From an uncultured Gallionella sp. (GTDB taxonomy: Bacteria; Pseudomonadota; Gammaproteobacteria; Burkholderiales; Gallionellaceae): a stretch of DNA of 64,000 nt. Of this stretch, positions 29,562-39,015 are shown piece after piece. The DNA is taken from positions 8,164-72,163 of the forward strand of contig CAMTUO010000033.1 of NCBI GenBank assembly GCA_947084955.1, read 5' to 3'. How positions within the stretch are numbered: position 1 is the first letter of the stretch; every line of letters begins with the position of its first letter. Position numbers and translations under genes: made by a program. A model generated the notes under the pieces. It saw nothing but the letters and a program-made list of their open reading frames with translations, ran no database searches and was not told the DNA's origin.

Positions 29562-29989
29562 TTTATCTTGATACCAGTTTCCTGACTCCGCTTTTTCGGG
29601 AAGAGGCTACTTCCGGGGAAATTGCAGCGTTTTTCTCGCGCCAGGAGAATGGTACGTTGGCGGTCAGTAAATGGGCATCGGTTGAATTCGCCAGTTTGAT
29701 TTCAAGGGATGTGCGTATGAGCGCGTTAACCGCAGCGCAGGGGTTGCGTTTGATTGCAGAATTTGACGCGATTGTTTTTTCATCCCTGGAAGTCGTCGTT
29801 CCGAGCGCCAATGATTTTGATTTGGCTCAGGAGTATGTCGCTGATTTTGCCACACAATTGCGGGGGCCGGATGCGTTACATCTGGCCGTCGCCTACAACA
29901 ATAAAATGGAATTTGTCGCTACCCTCGATGAGGGAATGCTTTTTGCAGCCAGGAAATTAAATATTCCTGCACGTCGCGTAATTATTTGA
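29558..29989 (+). CDS. vapC: VapC-family PIN domain toxin
   Basis: MIYLDTS...E...LRGPDALHLA...ATLD; ATGA overlap. Confidence 0.9.
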   Translation: MIYLDTSFLTPLFREEATSGEIAAFFSRQENGTLAVSKWASVEFASLISRDVRMSALTAAQGLRLIAEFDAIVFSSLEVVVPSANDFDLAQEYVADFATQLRGPDALHLAVAYNNKMEFVATLDEGMLFAARKLNIPARRVII

Positions 29990-30116
29990 TTGCGCGGCGG
30001 AATGGCGGGGACCAACATACGGCTTGTATAACAAGGGCAGCGGGGCGGATCAATTTTTCGATGAGCCGCCGGATTTCAGGTTTGTGTGAGCCAGGCAGGT
30101 ATGCCCGGAGTTCCTA

Positions 30117-30184
30117 GTCGCAAGACCGATCCCGGCCCGTATTTCGACTGGCAGCGCTACCTTGCGCAACTGGATCTCAGGTAG
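30117..30184 (+). pseudogene. Displaced copy of the ampD 3' end (RKTDPGPYFDWQRYLAQLDLR*)
   Basis: Duplicate of the ampD C-terminal coding sequence with its own stop codon. Confidence 0.75.
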
Positions 30185-30290
30185 TTCTTCAGCGCTTGCA
30201 CGCTAGTTCTTGTTTACACTTGGCTTATCGGTATAACGCTGTCAGGCTGTCGGTAAGCCGTCTTTTTTTCGCTTGCAAAATTTTTGCATA

Positions 30291-30337
30291 ACACTACAAT
30301 CAGCGTCGGCCACTAAAAAAAATACTAGATATAGTGG
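30291..30337. promoter_or_regulatory. Tandem NrdR boxes
   Basis: ACACTACAATCAGCGT (weak) and ATACTAGATATAGTGG (good) against the consensus acaCwAtATaTwGtgt; 31 bp apart, upstream of nrdA. Confidence 0.7.
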
Positions 30338-30379
30338 TTTTTAGAATTTTTCCAACGCTTCTTCACCAAGGATAAGCCC

Positions 30380-33202
30380 ATGCCAAATACCGCCGCCCAT
30401 AGCGTTTCAACCCCGTTGTCGCCCGCCGATGCACCGTTCGATCAATACAAGGTCATCCGCCGAAATGGTTCGGTGGTGGTGTTTGAACCGGCGAAAATCT
30501 CCATAGCACTGACCAAGGCGTTCATCGCCGTAAGTGGCGGGCAGGGCGTGGTGTCCTCCCGTGTGCGCGAGCTGGTTGAACAGCTGACCGGTGGCGTCGT
30601 GAGTGCGCTGATGCGTCGTCAGCCGCACGGTGGCACCTTGCATATCGAAGACATCCAGGATCAGGTTGAACTGGGATTGATGCGCTCCGGCGAACACGAT
30701 GTGGCACGTGCCTATGTGCTGTACCGCGAGGAGCATGCCCGCTCGCGCGCGCAGTCCAAGACGCAGCAGCCGGTGCATGTGATCAATGTCACCGGTATCG
30801 ATGGCGTGGTGCGCCCGCTGGATCTGGACCGTATGACCGCACTGGTACATTCGGCCTGTGCAGGCTTGGGCGAGGTGGTCAGTGTGGAAACGGTAATACA
30901 GGGGGCGTTGAAGGATATGTATGACGGCGTGCCGCTGCACGAAGTACATAAATGCCTGATTCTGTCGGCGCGCGCGATGATCGAAAAGGAACCGGCCTAT
31001 AATTTTGTCACCGCACGTCTGTTGTTGAACAACATCTGCAGCGAAGTGCTGGGCGAGGATGTTGCCCCTGCCGAGATGGCCGTGCGCTATGCGGAATACT
31101 TCCCGAAATTCATCAAGCGCGGTATCGCTGCCGAGCTGCTGGACGAGCGCCTGGCGGGTTTCGATTTACCGCGTCTGGCGGCAGAACTGGATGCCTCCCG
31201 TGATCTGCAATTTGGTTACCTGGGCCTGCAAACGCTGTATGACCGATATTTTCTGCATATCAAGGGCACGCGCATCGAGGCGCCACAGGTGTTTTTCATG
31301 CGCGTGGCAATGGGTCTGGCGCTTAACGAAATCGACCGGGAAACGCGCGCGATCGAGTTTTACCGTCTGATTTCCGGCTTCGATTTCATGTGTTCCACGC
31401 CTACCCTGTTTAACTCGGGTTCGCGTCGCTCGCAGCTGTCTTCCTGTTATCTGACCACCGTGGAAGACAATCTGGAAGGTATTTATGACGCCATCAAGGA
31501 AAATGCGCTGCTCGCCAAGTTTGCCGGTGGTCTGGGTAATGACTGGACGCCGGTGCGTGCGCTGGGCGCGCACATCAAGGGTACCAACGGCGAATCGCAG
31601 GGCGTGGTGCCGTTTTTGAAGGTAGTGAACGACACGGCGGTGGCCGTGAATCAGGGCGGCAAGCGCAAGGGCGCGGTGTGTGCTTATCTGGAAACCTGGC
31701 ATCTGGACATCGAGGAATTCCTCGACCTGCGCAAGAATACCGGCGACGACCGCCGCCGCACGCACGATATGAACACGTCTAACTGGATACCCGATCTGTT
31801 CATGAAACGCGTGATGGAAGGCGGCAACTGGACGCTGTTTTCGCCCTCTGACGTGATAGATCTGCATGATCTGTTCGGCGTGGATTTTGAAGTCGCCTAC
31901 ACGGCGTATGAAGCAAAAGCGGCAACCGGTGAGCTCAAGCTGTACAAGACGATACCGGCCGCCAGTCTGTGGCGCAAGATGCTGACCATGCTGTTTGAAA
32001 CCGGCCATCCGTGGATCACCTTCAAGGATCCTTGCAACATCCGTTCGCCGCAGCAGCATGTGGGTGTGGTGCACAGCTCTAATCTGTGTACCGAAATTAC
32101 CCTGAACACCAACGCGGACGAGATTGCCGTGTGCAATCTGGGTTCGGTGAATCTGCCCGCCCATCTGTATCCGGCAGGACATGAGCTTGCCGGACAGTTC
32201 GATCATGACAAGCTGCGCCGCACCATCAACACGGCGATGCGCATGCTGGACAATGTGATCGACATCAATTACTACGCGGTCGCCAAGGCGCGCAATTCCA
32301 ACCTGAAGCACCGTCCGGTGGGCCTCGGCATCATGGGCTTTCAGGATTGTCTGCACACCTTGCGTCTGCCTTATGCATCAGAGGCTGCGGTTGAGTTTGC
32401 CGACCGCTCCATGGAAGCCGTGTGTTACTACGCGTACTGGGCATCCACGGAACTGGCTGAAGAGCGCGGCCGTTATGCTTCGTACAAGGGCAGTTTGTGG
32501 GATTGCGGGATACTGCCGCAGGACACCCTCGATCTGTTACGCGAAGAGCGCGGCGGCTATGTCGAGGTGGATATGTCGGTCAGCATGGACTGGGCGGCCT
32601 TGCGCGCCCGCATCCAGCAGTACGGCATGCGCAATTCCAACTGCGTGGCGATTGCGCCGACGGCAACGATTTCCAACATCATCGGCGTGTCGGCCTGCAT
32701 CGAGCCGACCTATCAGAATATCTTCGTGAAATCGAATTTGTCCGGTGAATTTACCGTGATCAACGATCATCTGGTGGCCGACCTGAAAGAGCTGGGTCTG
32801 TGGGATGAAGTGATGATTTCCGACCTGAAATATTTCGACGGCAGTCTGGCCAAGATCGAACGTGTGCCGGCCGAGTTGCGCAGCCTGTATGCCACGGCGT
32901 TTGAGGTTGAACCGGTCTGGCTGATCGAAGCGGCGTCGCGTCGTCAGAAATGGATCGATCAGGCGCAGTCGCTGAATATTTATATGGCGGGCGTGTCGGG
33001 TCGCAAACTGGATGACACCTACAAGCTGGCCTGGCTGCGCGGCTTGAAGACGACTTATTACCTGCGCACACTGGGGGCGACTTCCGCTGAGAAATCAACG
33101 GCGCGCGCAGGTGCACTGAATGCGGTTGCAGTGGGCGAAGCAGCGGAAGAAACCACCCAGTTCTGCTCGATTGACAACCCTGAATGCGAGGCATGTCAAT
33201 AA
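30380..33202 (+). CDS. nrdA: Class Ia ribonucleotide reductase alpha subunit with N-terminal ATP-cone(s)
   Basis: VIRRNG ATP-cone, STPTLFNSG, LSSCY, SNLCTE, APTATIS, LKTTYY and C-terminal CEAC. Confidence 0.96.
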   Translation: MPNTAAHSVSTPLSPADAPFDQYKVIRRNGSVVVFEPAKISIALTKAFIAVSGGQGVVSSRVRELVEQLTGGVVSALMRRQPHGGTLHIEDIQDQVELGLMRSGEHDVARAYVLYREEHARSRAQSKTQQPVHVINVTGIDGVVRPLDLDRMTALVHSACAGLGEVVSVETVIQGALKDMYDGVPLHEVHKCLILSARAMIEKEPAYNFVTARLLLNNICSEVLGEDVAPAEMAVRYAEYFPKFIKRGIAAELLDERLAGFDLPRLAAELDASRDLQFGYLGLQTLYDRYFLHIKGTRIEAPQVFFMRVAMGLALNEIDRETRAIEFYRLISGFDFMCSTPTLFNSGSRRSQLSSCYLTTVEDNLEGIYDAIKENALLAKFAGGLGNDWTPVRALGAHIKGTNGESQGVVPFLKVVNDTAVAVNQGGKRKGAVCAYLETWHLDIEEFLDLRKNTGDDRRRTHDMNTSNWIPDLFMKRVMEGGNWTLFSPSDVIDLHDLFGVDFEVAYTAYEAKAATGELKLYKTIPAASLWRKMLTMLFETGHPWITFKDPCNIRSPQQHVGVVHSSNLCTEITLNTNADEIAVCNLGSVNLPAHLYPAGHELAGQFDHDKLRRTINTAMRMLDNVIDINYYAVAKARNSNLKHRPVGLGIMGFQDCLHTLRLPYASEAAVEFADRSMEAVCYYAYWASTELAEERGRYASYKGSLWDCGILPQDTLDLLREERGGYVEVDMSVSMDWAALRARIQQYGMRNSNCVAIAPTATISNIIGVSACIEPTYQNIFVKSNLSGEFTVINDHLVADLKELGLWDEVMISDLKYFDGSLAKIERVPAELRSLYATAFEVEPVWLIEAASRRQKWIDQAQSLNIYMAGVSGRKLDDTYKLAWLRGLKTTYYLRTLGATSAEKSTARAGALNAVAVGEAAEETTQFCSIDNPECEACQ

Positions 33203-33204
33203 AA

Positions 33205-33259
33205 TAGCTTGTAGCTTGTAGCTTGTAGCTGGCTGCCGTTTTGCTACCGGCTACCGGCT
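33205..33259. repeat. Heptamer-array inverted element
   Basis: (TAGCTTG)3 TAGCTGG ... (GCTACCG)2. Confidence 0.65.
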
Positions 33260-33294
33260 TTCGAAATTAACAAATTGTATGGAGCAACAATATT

Positions 33295-34401
33295 ATGCTT
33301 ACATTTGACGATGAAGTAACGACGGCAACGATCCCTGCGCTGGATGCGCTGTTAACACCTAAGGAGGCGGCACCGGCTGTCACTTCCGGACGTGTCCGTG
33401 TGGAGGACAAGCGCATCATCAACTGCAAGGCGGACGTCAACCAGCTGGTGCCGTTCAAATACAAGTGGGCGTGGGAAAAATACCTGGCCGCCTGCGCCAA
33501 CCACTGGATGCCGCAGGAAGTAAACATGACGGCGGATATCGCGCTGTGGAAGAGCGACAAACTGAGCGATGACGAGCGCCGGTTGATCAAACGCAATCTG
33601 GGCTTTTTCACCACGGCCGACAGCCTGGCGGCGAACAATATCGTGCTGGGCTCGTATCGTCACATTACCAATCCGGAATGCCGTCAGTTCCTGTTGCGTC
33701 AGGCCTTTGAGGAGGCGATTCACACGCATGCCTATCAGTACATCGTGGAAAGCCTGGGGCTGGACGAAGGCGAGATTTTCAACATGTATCACGAAGTGCC
33801 CAGCATCCGTAACAAGGATGAGTTCCTGCTGCCCTTTATCGATGTGCTGACCAATCCGGAATTCAAGACCGGCACGCCGGAAACCGATCAGGCCTTGTTG
33901 CGCAGTCTGATTGTGTTTGCCTGCATCATGGAAGGATTGTTTTTCTATGTTGGTTTCGTGCAGATTCTCGCGCTGGGCCGTCAGAACAAGATGACCGGGG
34001 CGGCCGAGCAGTATCAGTACATTCTGCGCGACGAATCCATGCACCTGAATTTCGGTGTGGATCTGATCAACCAGATCAAGATGGAAAATCCGCATCTGTG
34101 GACGGCGGCTTTCCGTGAGGAAGCGCGCGGTCTGATACAAAAAGGCGTGGAGCTGGAATATGCGTATGCGGAAGACACCATGCCGCGCGGCATACTGGGC
34201 TTGAATGCCACCATGTTCAAGGAATACCTGCGCTTCATCGCCAATCGGCGCTGTCAGCAGATCGGCGTGGATATCCTGTATCCGGGCGCGACCAATCCCT
34301 TCCCGTGGATGTCGGAAATGATCGATCTGAAAAAGGAGAAAAATTTCTTCGAGTCGCGCGTGACTGAGTATCAGACCGGCGGCACTTTGAGCTGGGACTG
34401 A
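33295..34401 (+). CDS. nrdB: Class Ia ribonucleotide reductase beta subunit
   Basis: [28 protein letters not shown] and [10 protein letters not shown]. Confidence 0.96.
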   Translation: MLTFDDEVTTATIPALDALLTPKEAAPAVTSGRVRVEDKRIINCKADVNQLVPFKYKWAWEKYLAACANHWMPQEVNMTADIALWKSDKLSDDERRLIKRNLGFFTTADSLAANNIVLGSYRHITNPECRQFLLRQAFEEAIHTHAYQYIVESLGLDEGEIFNMYHEVPSIRNKDEFLLPFIDVLTNPEFKTGTPETDQALLRSLIVFACIMEGLFFYVGFVQILALGRQNKMTGAAEQYQYILRDESMHLNFGVDLINQIKMENPHLWTAAFREEARGLIQKGVELEYAYAEDTMPRGILGLNATMFKEYLRFIANRRCQQIGVDILYPGATNPFPWMSEMIDLKKEKNFFESRVTEYQTGGTLSWD

Positions 34402-34532
34402 TCGGTACGGATTTGCTTATCTCCTGGTATGCGCGGGTCAGGGGGTAATATAAAAAAGAGGCAATCGACTTTTCATGGGTTAAGATGCGGCTCTTGCATT
34501 TGCAATCAATTTTAAGCGGGATTTGAGGGATT

Positions 34533-35645
34533 GTGACCGAACATTTTCTTGAAGGAAAAAGCCTGGAGTGGCTGCTGGAATCTGCGACTGACGCGATGTT
34601 CATCGTCGATCAGCATGGCAGGATTATCATCGTGAACCCCAGAGTGGAACAGATGTTTGGCTACTCCCGTCAGGAACTTGTCGGTAAATCGATGGAAATG
34701 CTGCTGCCCGAGCGCTTCAGAAACCCTCATCAGTCGCAGCTTGCGGGCTATTTTGCCCAGCCTGCCGCGCGTACCATGGGTTCCGGCAAGGAGCTATTTG
34801 GTTTGCGCAAGGATGGCAGTGAGTTTCCGCTGGACGTGAGCTTGTCTCCGCTGACAACCGAGCAGGGGCCGCTGGTGATGGCGACGTTGCATGACATCAC
34901 GCGTCGCAAGCAGGCCGAGGAGCAGCAGGCGCTTCTGTTGCACGAACTGGAGAGTGCTAACGACGAGCTCAAAAATTTTGGTTATGTCGTGTCACATGAC
35001 CTTAAAGCGCCGTTGCGTGCAATTGGTTCACTCGCCGACTGGATTTCTACGGATTATGCGGACAAATTTGACGATGAGGGGCGGGAGCATATGCGCTTGC
35101 TGGTCAGTCGGGTGCGCCGCATGGATGCACTGATCGACGGTATATTGCAATATTCGCGGGTCGGGCGGGTGAAGGAGGTACGGGTGTCGGTCGATTTGAA
35201 TCGTCTGGTGCGGGACGTGATCGATATGCTGGTGCCGCCCGTCAGCATTGTCGTCAGCGTTGATGATTTATTACCTACCATCATGGCCGAACCGACGCGC
35301 ATTCAGCAGTTGTTTCAGAACCTGATCTCCAATGCTATCAAGTATATGGATAAACCAGAGGGGAATATCCGCATCGGTTGCAGCGCTGCGGGAAAATACT
35401 GGAAATTCAGTGTCGCCGATAACGGCCCCGGTATTAATAAACAACACTTCGAAAAAATATTTCAGCTATTTCAGACGCTGGCGCCGCGCGACCGCGTGGA
35501 AAGCACCGGCGTGGGTCTGGCACTGGTCAAGAAAATCGTGGAAATCTATGGCGGACAAGTCTGGCTGGAGTCTGTCATTGGAGAAGGCAGCACCTTTTTC
35601 TTTACGCTGCCGCGCAATGTGACAGGTGCCGGCAAGCTAAAATGA
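34533..35645 (+). CDS. Cytoplasmic PAS histidine kinase
   Basis: FixL-like PAS; H-box SHDLKAPLR; NLISNAIKY, DNGPG and TGVGL. Confidence 0.9.
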   Translation: MTEHFLEGKSLEWLLESATDAMFIVDQHGRIIIVNPRVEQMFGYSRQELVGKSMEMLLPERFRNPHQSQLAGYFAQPAARTMGSGKELFGLRKDGSEFPLDVSLSPLTTEQGPLVMATLHDITRRKQAEEQQALLLHELESANDELKNFGYVVSHDLKAPLRAIGSLADWISTDYADKFDDEGREHMRLLVSRVRRMDALIDGILQYSRVGRVKEVRVSVDLNRLVRDVIDMLVPPVSIVVSVDDLLPTIMAEPTRIQQLFQNLISNAIKYMDKPEGNIRIGCSAAGKYWKFSVADNGPGINKQHFEKIFQLFQTLAPRDRVESTGVGLALVKKIVEIYGGQVWLESVIGEGSTFFFTLPRNVTGAGKLK

Positions 35646-38341
35646 AAATCAGCAAAGGGTATCCGGCCATCAGCGAGTTGACGCACACGCCGCAGATCCG
35701 TGTGCTGCTTGTTGAAGACGATCTGGTGGATCGCATGGCCTGTCGTCGTGCGCTGGGTCAGACGGGCGAATTTGTCCTGTACGAAGTGGAAACCGGCGAG
35801 GAAGGCTTACAGCTTGCCCGTGCCCTGGGGCCGGATTGTGTGTTGCTTGATTATCATTTGCCGGATATGACGGGCCTTGAGTTTCTGACCGACTTAAGGA
35901 GCGGAGCGTGTGACATTCCGGTGATGATGCTCACCGGCGCTGATAATGCCGCTGTCGCGGTTGAGGCCATGAAATGCGGCGCGCAGGACTATCTGGTTAA
36001 GGATGTGAACCGGCAATATCTGGCGCTGCTGCCCGCAGTCATCGGCCGCGTGTTGCGTGAGCAGCGGATGATGGCGGAAAAAAAACAGATAGAGGAAAAT
36101 CTGCTCAAAGTGGAGGCGAAGTACCGTTTTCTGGTGGAACAGATCCCCGTGATTACCTATACCGCAGCGCTGGATGTGCCGGGCTGGCTGCTCTATGTCA
36201 GCCCGCAACTGATGGCGCTGGGTTATGCGCCACAGGCGTGGATAGCCGAGACCGATGCGCTGCTCAAGCGTATTCATCCTGATGACAGGCGGCGGGCGAA
36301 ACGGGCGTTTGCACGCGTGCGCAGCGCGGGTAAGCCGGTGAGTTGCGAATACCGTCTGCTTGCCGGCAACGGGGATGTGCGGTGGTTTCGCGATGAGGCC
36401 TGTGTGGTGCGGGATGAGGCGGGAAATCCGCTGTTTGTACAGGCTATTCTGATTGACGTCAGCGAGAGCAAACGGGTGGAAGACGAACTCAGGGCGCATC
36501 GTTGTCGTCTGGAAGAACTCGTTGTGCAGCGCACGGCCGCGTTAAGCTGCGCCAATGAATTGCTGCAACAGGACATACTGGAACGCAGGCGCGCCGAAGA
36601 AGCGCTGTTTCAGGAAAAGGAACGCGCGCAGTTCACACTGTCATCCATCGGCGATGCGGTGATCACAACCGACGCGTGCGGCAGGATAGCGTACATGAAT
36701 CCTGTCGCAGTCCGCTTTACCGGCTGGAGCGCAGCAGAAGCGCAAGGCCAGCCGTTAGCGCAAGTGTTCAATATTATCAATGAAATCAGTCGTGAGCTGG
36801 CGGAAAACCCGGTGACCCGTTGTCTGCGCGAAGGACATGCCATCGATCTGGCCAATCACAGCATTCTGCTGCGGCAGGACGGCAGCGAGCTTGCCATTGC
36901 CGATGCGGCGTCTCCCATCCACGACCGGCAGGGAAATACCACCGGCACGGTGATGGTGTTTCGCGATGTGACCCAGGAGCGAAAGCGCGCACAGCAGCTT
37001 TTTCATCAGGCCACTCACGATGTGTTGACGGGTCTTGCTAACCGCCGCGAGTTCGAGCAGCGTGTGGAGCGCGTGCTGGCCAATGCACGCGCGGATGGTG
37101 CCGATCATGCCCTGTGCTTTCTCGATCTGGACCGCTTCAAGGTGCTTAACGATAGCTGCGGTCACGCTGCGGGCGATGAGTTGTTGCGCCAGTTAAGCGC
37201 CATGCTGCTGGAACGCATGCGCAGCAGGGATACGCTCGCCCGACTGGGCGGAGACGAATTCGGCCTGCTGCTGGAGCATTGCCCGTTGGAGCAGGCATGG
37301 GGTATTGCCGATGAACTGCTGCAAGCCGTGCAGCAGTTCAAGTTTGTGTGGGAAGGAAAAATTCACAGCGTCGGCGTCAGCATCGGCGTGGCCCCGATTA
37401 CGAGCGAGAGCGAAAGTCTGTCCGAGGTGTTGCGCGCCGCCGATGCGGCTTGCTACACCGCGAAAGGAAAGGGACGCAACCGCGTCCATGTTTATCAGGC
37501 CGATGATGCCGCACGGGCGCCAAGCGGCAGTGAAATGCAATGGGTAGCGCGCATCACCCGGGCGCTGGAGGAAGACCGCTTCGGGCTGTTCTACCAGACG
37601 ATTGCCGAACTTGCCCCCTATGCCAAAGAGCGCGCCCATTACGAAATTCTGGTGCGCATGCTGGAGCCTGACGGGCAGGTGATCGCGCCGGAGGTATTCC
37701 TGCCCGCCGCCGAACGCTATAACCTGATGCCTGCCATCGACCGCTGGGTGGTGCGGCGGGTTATTTCCTGGCTGGCTGCGTTACCCGCCGATAGCGAACA
37801 GCGGGCCGCTATCTATTCGATTAACCTGAGCAGCGCGTCCTTGGCAGATCCTGCCATGCTGGACTACATCCGGGAGCTACTGATTCTGAATCAGGTGCCG
37901 GGGCGGATGCTGGGGTTTGAAATTGCGGAGACGACGGCGATTGCCAATCTGGCCCAGGTCACCCATTTCTTCCGTGAGATAAAAAAGCTGGGCTGTCGCA
38001 CGACGCTCGACAATTTTGGCAGCGCCATGTCTTTCATCGCCAGCCTGAACGTGTTGCAGATGGATTATCTCAAGATCGACGGCAACTTCGTCAAGCACAT
38101 CGCAGAGGATCGCATTGCACAGTCGCTGTTGGAGGCGATCAATCAGGTGGCGCACGAAATGTCGGCCAGAACCGTGGCCGGATGGACGGAGAGTGCCGCC
38201 ATCCTGGATATCCTGGAGGCGATCGGCGTGGACTGCGCGCAGGGCTACGCCATCTCCAGACCGCGACCATTGGCGGAGTTGGGGATGGAATTGGCAGTAT
38301 GTGTAAAATCTTCTCCGGGAAAGCGGAGCGCAGGCGCGTAA
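35642..38341 (+). CDS. REC-PAS-PAS-GGDEF-EAL protein (intact GGDEF, degenerate EAL)
   Basis: VEDD/LLDY receiver; two PAS/PAC domains; RSRD-TLARL-GGDEF; EIL...DNFGSAMS...AGWTE. Confidence 0.9.
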   Translation: MKISKGYPAISELTHTPQIRVLLVEDDLVDRMACRRALGQTGEFVLYEVETGEEGLQLARALGPDCVLLDYHLPDMTGLEFLTDLRSGACDIPVMMLTGADNAAVAVEAMKCGAQDYLVKDVNRQYLALLPAVIGRVLREQRMMAEKKQIEENLLKVEAKYRFLVEQIPVITYTAALDVPGWLLYVSPQLMALGYAPQAWIAETDALLKRIHPDDRRRAKRAFARVRSAGKPVSCEYRLLAGNGDVRWFRDEACVVRDEAGNPLFVQAILIDVSESKRVEDELRAHRCRLEELVVQRTAALSCANELLQQDILERRRAEEALFQEKERAQFTLSSIGDAVITTDACGRIAYMNPVAVRFTGWSAAEAQGQPLAQVFNIINEISRELAENPVTRCLREGHAIDLANHSILLRQDGSELAIADAASPIHDRQGNTTGTVMVFRDVTQERKRAQQLFHQATHDVLTGLANRREFEQRVERVLANARADGADHALCFLDLDRFKVLNDSCGHAAGDELLRQLSAMLLERMRSRDTLARLGGDEFGLLLEHCPLEQAWGIADELLQAVQQFKFVWEGKIHSVGVSIGVAPITSESESLSEVLRAADAACYTAKGKGRNRVHVYQADDAARAPSGSEMQWVARITRALEEDRFGLFYQTIAELAPYAKERAHYEILVRMLEPDGQVIAPEVFLPAAERYNLMPAIDRWVVRRVISWLAALPADSEQRAAIYSINLSSASLADPAMLDYIRELLILNQVPGRMLGFEIAETTAIANLAQVTHFFREIKKLGCRTTLDNFGSAMSFIASLNVLQMDYLKIDGNFVKHIAEDRIAQSLLEAINQVAHEMSARTVAGWTESAAILDILEAIGVDCAQGYAISRPRPLAELGMELAVCVKSSPGKRSAGA

Positions 38342-38429
38342 AATGATGCTTTACGGTCAGTGTTGCTGCGTCGTCCGTCGCCATGAAGGGGGTGTTCAGT
38401 AGCCTGTTAGAATGGACGTTGTATAAGTG

Positions 38430-38523
38430 GGAAGCGCTGAATAAATCAACCGTTCAATTAATTTGTTATAGATTCCGTCCTTCGATACCTCAGGACGAAC
38501 GGATTAAATCAGCGCCTCCTTAG
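38430..38523. mobile_element. Second MITE-like element related to 2369-2485 with a different internal palindrome
   Basis: GGAAGCGCTGAATAAATC ... GATTAAATCAGCGCCTCC-TTAG (15/18 IR match); internal CCGTCCTTCGATACCTCAGGACGAACGG. Confidence 0.6.
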
Positions 38524-38598
38524 AATGGATAGTGTATCCATCGGATGAACTGGCGGGCGGTTCGCCCCGGTATTTTTAACCCTGTTAGGATGGCAAAC

Positions 38599-39015
38599 AT
38601 GAAGATCTCCAGCAAACCGATCTTACTGGTGGAAGACGATCAAGTGGACGTGATGACGGTCAAGCGCGCCCTGAAGGAAATTCACGTCACCAACCCGGTG
38701 GTGAATCTGGAAAACGGCGAGGAAGCGCTGAAATACCTGCGCGACCCTGACAGCGAGAAGCCGTGCATCATCCTGCTCGACCTGAATATGCCGATCATGA
38801 ACGGCATCGAATTCTTGCACATCGTGAAGCAGGATGCCCTGCTCAGGCGCATTCCGGTGGTGGTGCTGACCACCTCGGAAGAACAACAGGACAAGGTAAG
38901 CAGTTTCGATCTGGGCGTGGCAGGCTATATGGCCAAGCCGGTGGATTACCGGCAATTTGTCGACGTCATGCGTACCATCGACGCCTATTGGACCGTCAGC
39001 GAGGTACCGTTTTGA
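38599..39015 (+). CDS. Single-domain response regulator (Rcp1-like), copy A
   Basis: ILLVEDD, ILLDLNMP, VVLTTS, MAKP and AYWT. Confidence 0.9.
   Translation: MKISSKPILLVEDDQVDVMTVKRALKEIHVTNPVVNLENGEEALKYLRDPDSEKPCIILLDLNMPIMNGIEFLHIVKQDALLRRIPVVVLTTSEEQQDKVSSFDLGVAGYMAKPVDYRQFVDVMRTIDAYWTVSEVPF

Larger units (their letters stand above)
29079..30152. mobile_element. Toxin-antitoxin islet bounded by a 36-bp direct repeat of the ampD 3' end
   Basis: GTCGCAAGACCGATCCCGGCCCGTATTTCGACTGGC at 29079-29114 and 30117-30152. Confidence 0.75.

Noticed and set aside
38763-39011. Long N-terminal extensions in the ORF track (also 27016, 45809, 55792, 58100, 10197 and 12618)
   Set aside because: They overlap upstream genes, promoters or repeats; downstream starts fit RBS position and domain boundaries better.
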